Source of the DNA: the human T2T-CHM13v2.0 reference genome, Homo sapiens | DNA length: 64,000 nucleotides | Assembly: GCF_009914755.1 (NCBI RefSeq) | Contig: NC_060941.1 | Strand: one strand, 5' to 3' | In this document: one piece after another, positions 45,800-64,000 of the stretch | How positions within the stretch are numbered: position 1 is the stretch's first letter | How the letters are laid out: the number at the start of each line of letters is the position of its first letter | The notes under the pieces: model-generated | Told to the model about the DNA's origin: nothing | What the model saw: the letters and a program-made list of their open reading frames with translations, nothing else | The model's database searches: none | Made by a program: the position numbers and the translations under genes

Positions 45800-46320
45800 A
45801 ATCTGTCTTGTCATCCTCCTGAGGTGGAGCAGATTGCATTTTCCAGCTGAGGCTGTGACTCTCCCTTGTCCCACATGCCCTCCTACAGTGTGACTCTGCC
45901 ACTTCCTCTGTTAAGGGATCTACTTCTTGAATTTGGGCAGCCCTAGAACCGCTTCAGCTGGTAGAAGAGGGTGGAAGTGCTCCTCTGACTGCTGAGGCTA
46001 AATTATAAAAGGCTGTGCAGGCCCCTCTTGTTTGCGGGGGCACTTGTGCTTGGAGCCGTGAGCCGTTCTGTAATAAGTCCAACCACTGTGAGGCTACCAT
46101 GCTGGGGAGACTACCACATGGTGCTCCAGCCCACAGTCCGTGGAGCTGTCATCTCAGCCAGGGTTTCGGATGGCAGGAGCCACCTCCTAGTGTCTATGTA
46201 AGAATGGCCTAGCCAAGCTCTTCCCAAATTCCTGACCGGCAAAATGATCAGAAAATAAAACGGTTGTGTTAAGTGATGAGGTTATGGGGAAATTTGCTCT
46301 GAAACAGTGGTGGCAGGAAT
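45800..46320 (+). mobile_element. MLT1 (F/G/H-like) MaLR LTR
   Basis: gaggctaccatgctggggagactaccac...ccaaattcctgacc...aaaataaaacggttgtgttaag. Confidence 0.7.
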
Positions 46321-46494
46321 GTAAGGGTTAGTAAACAGCAGCGACTCTGTGATGAAGGAATTCATTCATTCATGTTGGAAAGACCTTTGCAGAGCCAACC
46401 TCCACTACTCCTTGCACCCAGATTGATGGTCCCATGAACCAGAAGCATTTGTCTAGTGATAATCACAGGAGTCTTCAAGTGTGGTGTCCTGTTT

Positions 46495-47174
<680 letters not shown>

Positions 47175-47244
47175 TATTGTGTCTCATGTATACTAAAAGT
47201 ATGCCAAATGGTTTACGTGATTTTTGTATGTATGTATCTGCTTA

Positions 47245-47538
47245 TGAGACAGGGTCTCACTCCCATCGCTCAGGCTGAAGTGCAGTGGTACAATCACAGC
47301 TTACTGCAGCCTTGACTTCCCAGGCTCAGGTGATCCTCCCACCTCAGCCTCTCCTGAGTAGCTAGAGCTGCAGGCAGACACCACCACACCTGGGTTTTTT
47401 TTGTATTTTCAGTAGAGATGGGTGTCTCACTATGTTGCCCAGGCTGGTTTCAAACTCCTGGGCTCAAGCAGTGCTCCTGCCTTGGCTTCCCAAAGTGCTG
47501 GGATTATAGATCATAGGTGTGAGCCACTGAGCCTGGCC
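47245..47538 (-). mobile_element. AluJ
   Basis: Alu reverse complement. Confidence 0.9.
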
Positions 47539-47650
47539 AATTTTTGTTTTTAATTGTTGCCTGATGTCCCCTGCTGGGTCCTGAAGTCTTTTGGGTTGGT
47601 TTGTTTTCAACTGGCACACTACACCAGTTCTATGTGCTGTATTAATTATA

Positions 47651-47870
47651 CAGGTTTGAGTATCCCTTATCTGAAATGCTTGGGACCAGATGTGTTTTGA
47701 ACTTTGGATTTTTTTTTTGTATTTTGGAATACTTGCATTATACTTAGCAATTGAGCATCCCTAATCTGGAAATCTGAAATACTCCAATGAGTGTTTCCTT
47801 TTATGGTCATGTCAGCACTCAGAATGTTTAGGGTTTTGTATTTTTTTCTGAATTAGGGATGCTCAACCCG
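47651..47870 (+). mobile_element. Tigger4a/MER46-like DNA transposon
   Basis: TA-flanked; caggtttgagtatccctta / tagggatgctcaacccg terminal inverted repeats. Confidence 0.85.
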
Positions 47871-47919
47871 TACCAGTATACTACACCAGGGAACTGACTC
47901 GGCATTGGTCAGACCACAT

Positions 47920-48380
47920 TTTGAACACTTTTTGGTTGACTTCCCAGCATTTAACCCCGTCTTCTCCCAGGAATTCTCTTTAGCTAATTCCCACTTTAAA
48001 GTGAGTCAGCATATCACCCTGGTCTCAGTGAGTCAAGGATGGCAGAGACTCAATCAGAATGAGTGTTGAGTAGATGTTTTTTGGGGTGCCTGGGAGAGAG
48101 TCCCCGCTCTTTGCTGGATTTGATGGTGTGCAGATGTGAGCCCTGGAGCTGCCAGTACCATCACATAGCCATGAGGGCAGGCAGCTTATTGATGAAGGTG
48201 ACCTGTGGAGGAAGGGAGGAGCAGAAGATGGAGAGAAATTGACCCTGAGAGAACATCTTTCAGTTGAGCCAGACCTGAAGTTGGACTTGATCCTAGACTT
48301 TCAGTTATGGGAGTCAAAACCTCTTTTTATTGTTGTAAGCTTGAGTTGGGTTTTCTCTTGCAACCAAGAGATTTTTAACT
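47920..48380 (+). mobile_element. MLT1J/K-like MaLR LTR
   Basis: cctggagctgccagtaccatc...agactttcagttatgggagtc...gggttttctcttgcaacc. Confidence 0.7.
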
Positions 48381-48921
48381 CACAGAAACCCACATCTGCA
48401 GTGTTTCTGAGATTCTGGGTAATATTTCAGAGGGACCTTGGTAAATCAGAAGCTCTCTAGGCAGTTTATCCAATGAATGGACCCCGGGACCTATGAGGCC
48501 TGGTGGGAAGAATTAGGAATGTTTTGAGTGAAGATTTAGAAGACCAATGGGGAAACAAAGCTGCCTGCAGACATTCAGATGTCACGTGGAAGAGGCAATA
48601 AATTTGTTCTTTGTGGTTCCAGAGTGTTTCAGAACTGGAATCGGTGTGTGCCATGTTAATGAAGATATAGAATTCAGCCTCATATAAGGAAGGATTGTCC
48701 AACTATTTGAGCTGCTCAACAGTGGAAGGGGCTGTCTAGTGGTGGGTTTCCTTTTACTGAAAATATTCAATGGTAACTGGAACATGAGACTTTAGTAGAT
48801 GGCAACAGAAGTTGGATGCTATTGATGCCACTTTGAATGAAAAATTAGGTTATATGATTTCTGTTTCTTCCAGTTCTGAAATAACGTGATTTTGTATTTC
48901 CTTAGGTATCAAAAGACATCC

Positions 48922-49241
48922 TTTTTTTTTTTTCTTTTTTTGGGACAGAGTCTCACTTTGTCACCCAGGCTGGAGTGCAGTGGTGTGATCTCGGCTCACT
49001 GCAGCCTCTGCCTCCTGGATTCAAGTGATTCTCCTGTCTAAGCCTCCGGAGTGGCTGGGATACAGGTGCGCACCACCACGCCTGGCTAATTTTTGTATTT
49101 TTAGTAGAGACGGGGTTTCACCATGTTGGCTAGGCTGATCTCGAATTCCTGACCTCAGGTGATATTCCTGACCTCAGGTGATCTGCCTGCCTTGGCCTCC
49201 CAAAGTGCTGAGATTACAGGCGTGAGCCACCGTGCCCGGCT
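48922..49241 (-). mobile_element. AluS with an internal 19 bp tandem duplication (49145-49182)
   Basis: attcctgacctcaggtgat occurs twice. Confidence 0.94.
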
Positions 49242-51149
49242 TGTATTAGAAGATATACTTATGATGTGACCGTTGGGCAAATTATGAAGTCTCTCAGACT
49301 TTGTTTCTTTATCTGTAAAATAACAATAATAATACTTTTATGAACTGAGTTTTGTGTGCCTCAAGTTAATGTATGTGAAAGTGCTTACAAAACCAAAGTG
49401 CTACACAAAGGTAAAGTGCTGTTATCCTTCCTACATAGTAAACTCCGATTCAAAGGATACGGACGATTCCTTAAATTTCTTTGTGTGTTTTGACCCATGG
49501 GTGCTTTGAAAAAACAACTCCCACCCCCAAAGTGATATTAATAGAAATAAACAGGATTTTGCGTGCCCAGTCCATCTAATTATCTAATTTCTCCAGTTAC
49601 AAATTCAGGTGAATTTATTATGTTTTCCTGGTAGAACTTGGAAGTTTCTCAGTGATCTCTGTGAGGTATAACTGAGGTACACCTGAGCCATAACTGTAGG
49701 AAGTCAGGGCCTGATTATGATCTAGACTAGACTAGGTGGTTCTCACTTGCATCGAGCCTCCGTAACCTGGAGGTTAGCTTTTCCCATCTGTCCTGAAAGT
49801 AAGGCTGCACGTGAATATGGCAGATCTTTTAGTTCACTAAAGCCTGCACCCTCAGCTCCTCCTTATTCTCAGTGTTTGGTGCCTGGAGACTGTGGGCTTT
49901 ATTTTCCCACAGTGCTGCTGGGAGATTTCTGTTCAGAGGTGCCAAGCTCTCTAGTTAGGCAATGAGGATTTCATTTGGCCTACACAATGGGCAAGGAAGC
50001 TAAGGCGCAGTATGCAGAGAGAATTCTGGGACGAAGCGCTCCTCCAGCCACTTCAGTTTCAATGGAAATTTGATGTCCCTGCCTGCTTTGCACTTTTCAA
50101 ATGGCCTGTCAGGAGTTGCCCTCCCAGAGCTGCTTGGCATTCTGGCTTCTCCTGGAGATGACTAATGGCAGCTGGTTGTGTGGGCCGCCTGCTAGAAGCT
50201 AGTCAGACCATACCATTATCTCTCCTCAGAAACACTGAGGCTTTGTCTGCTGCCCTATCTCCCCTGCATCCTGACACAGAGCGGTCACTGTGTCCTCTCC
50301 AGGCCTGAGCCCCTTCTTAGTGTTAGGGGGCTTTTGTTCAGAAGCTTTATTGTCCCCCTCTTTCTGGAGTGCTGTTCATAGTGGCCGTGGTACAGCATGA
50401 GTATTTGGGAAACAGGAGGAGTAGATTTACAAGCATTTTGAATTCTAATCCAATTTGCTGAGCAAGTGGAGTGTGAGGAAAATTAATTTTGCATTCTTCC
50501 CAAAAAAAGTAAAATGGAGATGAGATAGAAAATGTTTATCCCTTTACAAAAATCATCTTTACACATTGACACTGCTGTTTGCTTTTAACAAAGGAAGTAA
50601 AATGGGTGAGTAATTTGGTTCATTTGCATGAGTGTAGGACTCTTTTGTGTTTTTTTCCCTCCATTTGATTTGCAAAGACAATTTCTATTGACTTTTAGTA
50701 CAAGTTAGGTATGAATCTCTAGAAAGCACACCACTGAGACGACCCAAAAGACAGTCCAGCTGTGGAAAAAACTACTTTTCTGTCATAGTCAAGGTGGGGC
50801 CCCAAGATTTGATAACAGACTTAGTTCCTTATGGCTGTGCATCTGCTTGCTGAATTGCCTCAAACTTCTGTTATCTCATTTGTTCTAAGTCCAAAGGATC
50901 AGTGCTGCCTATAAAGCTGACGGATTGCTAATTGCCTGTTTCCACACTGTACTCATAAACATTCATATTTCTTTTTCCTAATTTTCATTATCAAAGTAGT
51001 ATATACAGGGGTTAAAATAATGAACCAGGACAAGGAGCTTATTATGAAAAGCAAGACTGCTGCTGCCCTGCTGCCCTACCCCTTCCCATTTCTTGTCCCT
51101 CTTCTCAAAGGTAAACACTTTATTATGCTTTTACTGCCTTCTAAAAAAA

Positions 51150-53070
51150 TAAACACTCTTTTTTAAAGAGCAGTTTTAGGCACAGCAAAATTGAGTGAAA
51201 AGTACAAGTTTTCCTATAGTGTACTCCTGTTCCCAAACACACTCAGCCTCCTCATTATCAACATCTTCCAATCAGTGAACCCACACCGATGTAACATTGC
51301 TCAGAGTCCGTGGTTTACATTGAGGTTCACTCTTGGCATTGTGCATTCTGTAGGTTTGGATAAATGTATAATGCCATGTATCCAAGTTTTTTGTAGAGAC
51401 AGGGCCTTGCTGTCTTGCCCAGGCTGGTCTGGAACTCCTGGCCTCAAGCAATTCTCCCACCTTGCCTCCCTCCCTTGGGGGTGGGGGATGAATGGGCAGG
51501 CACAGTAGCTCACCTGTGCCTGGCTCTACTTATTCATTCCTCCCTCCCCCCAACCCCTGGCAACCATTGATCTTTTTGCTTTAGCAAGCAAAAGGACCAT
51601 AGTTTTACAAAACTACGGTCTCTGTAGTTTTGTCTTTTGCAGAATGTCATAGTTGGAATCATACTGTGTGTAGCTTTTTCAGACTGCTTCTTTAACTTAG
51701 TAAATGCTTCAGTTAAGGTTCCTCCATGTCTTTTCATGGCTTAATAGTTATTTCATTTTAAGGGGTGGATGATACTAATAGTCCATTATCTGGGTGTACC
51801 ACAGTTGGTTGCTTCCAAGTTTTGGCAGTTATGAGTAAAGCTGCTGTAAAGATCCATGTGCAGGTTTTTGTGTGGACATATGTTTTTGACTCATTTGGCT
51901 AAATACCAAGGAGTGCTATTGCTGGATCATAGAGAACAAGTATGTTTACTTTTCTAGGAAACCACCAAACTGTCTTCCAACGTGGCTGAATTATTTTGCG
52001 TTCCTACCAGCAATGAGTCCCGGTTGCTCCACATCCTCACCAGTATTTGGTGTTCTTATTGTTTTGGATTGTAGCCATTCTAATAGTTGTGTAGTGATAT
52101 CTCACTTTTGTGTTAATTTGAAATTGCCTACGGATGTATGATGTGGAGCAGCTTTTTTTTTTTTTTTTTTTAATTATACTTTAAGTTCTGGGGTACATGT
52201 GCAGAATGTGCAGGTTTGTTACATAGGTATGCACATACCATGATGGTTTGTTGCACCCATCATCAACCTGTCATCTACATTAGGTATTTCTCCTAATGCT
52301 ATCCCTTCCCTAGCCCCCCCACCCACTGACAAGCCCTGGTGTGTGATGTTCCCCTCCCTGTGTCCATGTGTTCTCATTGTTCAGCTCCTACTTATGAGAA
52401 AGAACATGCGATGTTTGGTTTTCTGTATATACCCCTTAATGGGATTGCTGGGTCAAATGGTATTTCTAGTTCTAGATCCATGAGGAATTGCCACACTGTC
52501 TGATGTAGAGCAGCTTTTCATAGCTCATTTTCCATCTGTATTTCTTCTTCGGTGAGTTGTCTATTCAGGTGTTTTTCCATTTTTAGTCAGGTGTTTCGTT
52601 TTCCATTTTTTTCTTTATTGAGACAGTGTCTCACTCTGTTGTGCAGGCTGGAGTGCAGTGGTGCAATTATGACTTACTGCAGCCTTCACCTCCTGGGCTC
52701 AAGTGATCCTTCTTCTTCAGTCTCCTGAGTAGCTGGGACTACAAGTGTAAGCCACCATGCCCAGCTAATTTTTGATTTTTTTGATGAGACGAGTCTCACT
52801 ATGCAGGGAGACCCCTTGAGACAGGGGTCTCAAGGCTGCCCAGACTGGTCTTGAACCCCTGGACACAGGTGATCCTCCCGCCCTGGCCTCCCAAAGTGTG
52901 CTGTGCTGGGATTACAGGTGTGAGCCATTACACCGAGCCCTCATTATCTTACTGTTGAGTTTTGAGCATTCTTTGTATATTTTGGATAACAGTCCTTTAT
53001 CGGATATGTCTTTTGCACATATTTTCTCCCAGCCTGTGGCTTGTGTTCTCATTCTTTTGATGTTGCTATT
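51150..53070 (-). mobile_element. L1MB-like 3' region hosting an Alu left-arm fragment (51386-51524), an L1PA 3' end (52157-52500) and an AluJ (52610-52940)
   Basis: Same family motifs as 6560-7735; L1PA target duplication tgatgt(g/a)gagcagctttt at 52139 and 52501. Confidence 0.88.
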
Positions 53071-53535
53071 TTTTTCCCCAATTTTGTTGATTCCTCTTAT
53101 GATAGATGAGGATTTAACACATGGCCCTGCAACCCTCTCCTAGTGTCATAATATCACTGTTTTTAGTTTCTTTCTTGGTTATTGCTTTTAGTAATGTATT
53201 TCATCTTTATTTCTTGTCTTGTCAACTGTATATAGTATCTTTGACACCCTGTTTGTAAGGTGAGGGTGGATATTATTGCTGCCATCCTTTTTGCCCACTC
53301 TCTCTGCTTTCTCTTCTACCTCCCAGTTTCTTTCATCTGTACTTTACCTTTTTCACTAGCAAGGATGACAGTATTCATATGTTCTAGAAAATAGTCTTGC
53401 ATGTTCTGTGTGTAGTATGGATATTATTGTGACTACATATATATTGTGCCCTGCAGAGTGAAGTTATGTGCTGTGATTTTGTTATCTGTCTTATACAGCT
53501 TATTTTTATGAAGTTTCTTGTTTTGTGACTATTTT

Positions 53536-54081
53536 TGTTACAGGAAAGGGGGCCCGATCCAGACCTTAAGAGAGGATTCTTGGATCTCGCACAAGAATGA
53601 ATTCAGGGCAAGTCCACAGTGCAAAGTGAAAGCAAGTTTAGTAAGAAAGTAAAGGAATAAAAGAATGGCTACTCCATAGAGCAGCCCTGAGGGCTGCTGG
53701 TTGCCCATTTTTATGGTTATTTTTTAATGATATGCTAAACAAGGGGTGGATTATTCATGCCTCCCCTTTTTAGACCATATAGGGTAATTTCCTGAAGTTG
53801 CTATGACATTTGTAAACTGTCATGGCGCTGGCAGGAGTGTAGTAGTGAGGACGACCAGAGGTCACTCTTGTGGCCATCTTGGTTTTGGTAGGATTTAGCC
53901 AGCTTCTTTACTGCAGCCTGTTATATCAGCAAGGTCTTTATGACCTGTATCTTGTGCCAACCTGTTATCTCATCCTGTGACTTAGAATGCCTTAACTGGG
54001 AATACAGCCCAGTAGGTTTCAGCCTCATTTTACCCAGCTCCTATTCAAGATGGAGTTGTTCTGGTTCACATGCCTCTGACA
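53536..54081 (-). mobile_element. MER41A LTR (3' LTR of a provirus)
   Basis: Reverse complement starts tgtcagaggcatgtgaaccagaacaactccatcttgaataggagctggg. Length 546 bp with TG..CA ends and an adjacent polypurine tract (54082-54098). Lacks the MER41B GAS-containing segment. Confidence 0.88.
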
Positions 54082-59388
<5,307 letters not shown>

Positions 59389-59744
59389 ACTTTGTCCTCT
59401 TGAATCAGAGACTAATTTTTCAGACTTGTTTCATGGATATCATTTTGAGACTTCTCTTGACTGGTTTCCTGTAATAGAGCCACTGCTTTCTCTTCCTCTT
59501 TGGTTTCCTCCCTTGTTTTTCTGGAACACATCCTCAAATAACTTCCTTAGAAAGGGTATTAACAGTTTAATTTTCTCAGTTTTTGCATGCTTTAAAATGT
59601 ATTCTACCTCTGTGATTGATTTATAGTTCATCTGGGTAGAGAAATCTAGGTTGAAAGTCATTTTCCCTCCGAACTTTGAAGGCTTTTGCTTTGTTGCCTT
59701 CTAGGCTACATATGTGGTAATGGAATTGCAGGATCTTATGGTAG

Positions 59745-60720
<976 letters not shown>

Positions 60721-61844
60721 GTAGTACCCATTCTAACAGAAGTGATATCTCATTGTGGTTTTAATTTGCATTTCCCTGATGATTAGTGCATTTTTTTCAT
60801 ATACAGTTTGGCTAACTCCTGTTTTCTAATTTATTGCACAGATGTAATCATAAAAGAGAAACAGTAACATTACTCACAGACCAACCAGCTTAATACTCAG
60901 CTGTTCTCAATATCATGTGTTCTGTTATAGTTTGTGAATGCTTATTTTATATGAATTCTATGAATGCTTAGTTTGATGTACTCGTGATTGACCACAGTAT
61001 AATTTTTCATTGGCATTTAAAAAATGTCACACTTCAAACATGTTTCTTCTTTATGATTGTGTTAATCTTCATAATTATGAGATGGAGCTTGCTTTTATGT
61101 TAACTTCTTGGAATCAGCCAGCCTCAGGAGGATGGTACACATAAGTGATGACGGGGTGGGAGCAGCACAAAAGATCCAATGGTGCTGGCTGAGCCAATCC
61201 CTGTTCCACTGGCCCTTCTCTCCACTGTCCCTTATGTGGTGCTGTGTAAGGAAGCATGGCCAGTCTCAGGACTTCAGAGTGCTTTGGTTAGCAGTGAGGT
61301 CTGACTCCCACTGCTTCAAGGAGGTGTCGTAAGCTGTAGGGCTGTTGCTCTTTACTTTTCCCTGTCAGTACCCACGAGGAGGTGTGTTTGGGCTGGAGGC
61401 CTGGGCTCACATGGTGGGTGCACAACCAAGACCATCATCATTGGTCTGATGATGAATTTTTAGCAACTCTGAACCTAACCTGTGCTCTGTAACAGTTTCT
61501 GAAATGAGGTGTACAGAGATGGGAAGAATCTTTTGGAAAACAGAGACAGACATAGTAAAAAAAAAAAAAAAGGAAAAAGAATAGATATAACAAAAATATG
61601 GCTGGATTGTACATTTCATAATACACATCCATTCATAAATATACTTTAGTTTCATGGTTTTTTAAAAATTCCTAGTAGTATAGATAAGGCAGAAGTAACA
61701 CTTATGGGGAGAACAGACTGCAATTTGGCAGCAAAAGGAAGGTGTTAAACTGTAGCTGGAAATAACAGCAGACTTGATCTGTTCTATATTAATTTTTCCA
61801 GCTTCAAAACCAACAAACAATTGAAGGTTTAAAAAAAAGAAAGT

Positions 61845-62173
<329 letters not shown>

Positions 62174-62462
62174 TCAGCCTTAATTTAGTGATGTTATTAA
62201 GAATAACAAATGCCAGTGTGATGATCAGTCCTGGACTCTCAGGTTTGCCTGTTCTGACTAGAGTTATGGTGAAACTTTAGTTATCTTCCAGTTTTTAATA
62301 CGGTCCTTGCTGCAATGACTTTATTCTAGAGAACTAGCATTACTAAAACATTTTAGTGCTTAGTGGTTTTTAATACTTATTTCACAAGAATAATTAAATA
62401 AGTCTTTTCCTCGTTGAGTGTGTAGTATGATGCAGGTTAGGTATCTGTGACACCTATAAGTA

Positions 62463-63491
62463 AGGCTGACCCATGAACAACACTAGCTTGAACTGTGTGG
62501 GTCCATTTATATGGAGACTTAAAAAAAATAAATACATTGGAAAATTATTTGGAGAGTTGCAACAGTTTGAAAAAAATTCAGATGAACTGGGTAGTCTAGA
62601 AATATGAAAACAATTGAGAAAAAGTTACATATGTCATGAATGCATAAAATACATGTAGATACTAATAATCAGTTTTATCATTTACTACCATAAAATATAC
62701 ACAAATCTATTATAAAAAGTTAAAATTTGTCTAAACTTATGCACACACAGACTGTACATGGTGCTATTCATAGTTGAGAGAAATGTAAACAAATATAAAG
62801 ATGCAGTATTATAACTGCATACAATTAACTGTAGTACATACAGTACTCCTGTAACAATTCTATAGCCACTTCCTGATGTTGTTGCAGTGCGCTCAAGCAT
62901 TGGGGGTAGCTGCTTGGAAGGTACTGTGATGCTAATCATCTCTGTGGGAGCAGTTCCTCTCTCCAGTACACCTCAGATCGCAGTAAAAAGTGACCTCTTG
63001 AGATTCTTGAGTATGTTTTGTTGTGTTTAGTGCAGTACCACAAACCTTGAATAACACTATGGGACCCATACAAAGTGCCACTAGTGATGCTGGCAGTGCT
63101 CCCTAGAAGCCAATAAAACCCCTGACAGCATTGAATTGCTTGCTAGATTGAGGAATGGTTGCCTGTCGCTTCAGACAGATGATTCATTTTGCAAACAGAC
63201 CATGTAAACTTATGGTATTGATAAATACAGTATGGTACTGCAAATGTATTTCCTCTTCCTTATGGTTTTCTGAATAACATTTTCTTTTTTCTATCTCATT
63301 TTATCTTAAGAATACAGTATATAATACATATAACACAAAGTGTGTGTTAACTGTTTATGTTTTCAGTCAGGCTTCCGGTCAACAATAGGCTATTAGTAGT
63401 TAAGTTTCTGGGGAGCCAAAAGTTATACACAGAGTTTTGACTGCATGAAAGGTTGGCACCCCTAACCTCCAAGTTGTTCAGGGGTCAACTA
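62463..63491 (+). mobile_element. Tigger2-derived DNA transposon (Tigger2b-like, ~1.03 kb)
   Basis: TA-flanked; terminal inverted repeats gctgacccatgaacaac / gttgttcaggggtcaact. Confidence 0.85.
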
Positions 63492-64000
63492 TATTAAAAG
63501 TCTATGATATACTCTTGGCTTTCCAGAAACTTAATTTGAAGAAGTTAATTTAAAAACCATAGTTTTCTATATATTAATTTGACAGTTCAGCCTTTATTAG
63601 GTCAAAGTTTCAAAAGAGCTCAGCTGTTAGATGTTTAGTAATGAATGCCATCAGCCTTTATGTCATCAGGATTCAGGATGTTTAGGTGTGTGTTTGCTCA
63701 GGGCTCAGAAATAGTCTTGGTGGTGGGTTTACAGCTGCCCATCTTGTTAGGTGTGGAACCTGCCTTAGCGCTGGGGCTGCTGCCAGTCTATGGGAACATT
63801 CCCTCCCGTGCCCTTCCTACACTGTAGAGGCCTACAGGTTGATGACCACTTCTGGGACCCTTCATTACACCTCTCACTGAAAGCATGTAGAGTTGTGTAA
63901 GTGACAGCAGCCAGCCTTGACTCATCAAATAGTCTTTCAGTTTGTAAAAAAAAAAAAAAAAAAGTCCAGGATTTTATTTTACACTGTAACATCTGAGGTG

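Overview
Primate (human-like) genomic DNA that is almost entirely intronic and very rich in repeats: about 45 Alu elements or fragments, L1/L2/MIR relics, MaLR and ERV LTRs, four Tigger-type DNA transposons, and a ~5.9 kb MER41 provirus with only one LTR. The only credible gene feature is a CpG-island promoter (~16.3-17.5 kb) with a short + strand coding first exon (ATG 16861, MGNHSGRPEDPEP-G, GT donor 16901). I recognise this from memory as the alternative N-terminus of SPECC1 (cytospin-B, 17p11.2); no further coding exon is seen in the window. I found no new protein-coding or prokaryote-like system. The most unusual signal is a set of template-switch or templated-insertion scars: a ~270 bp inverted copy 2.2 kb from its source, a 37 bp and a ~28 bp copy taken from 2.0 and 1.3 kb away, a captured 25 bp Alu fragment, and two fold-back inserts. 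One of these scars spells a perfect GGTCAnnnTGACC estrogen-response core. The promoter carries five copies of an ATGCAGATGA + GC-box module. Repeat subfamily names come from recalled consensus sequences and most repeat boundaries are approximate.
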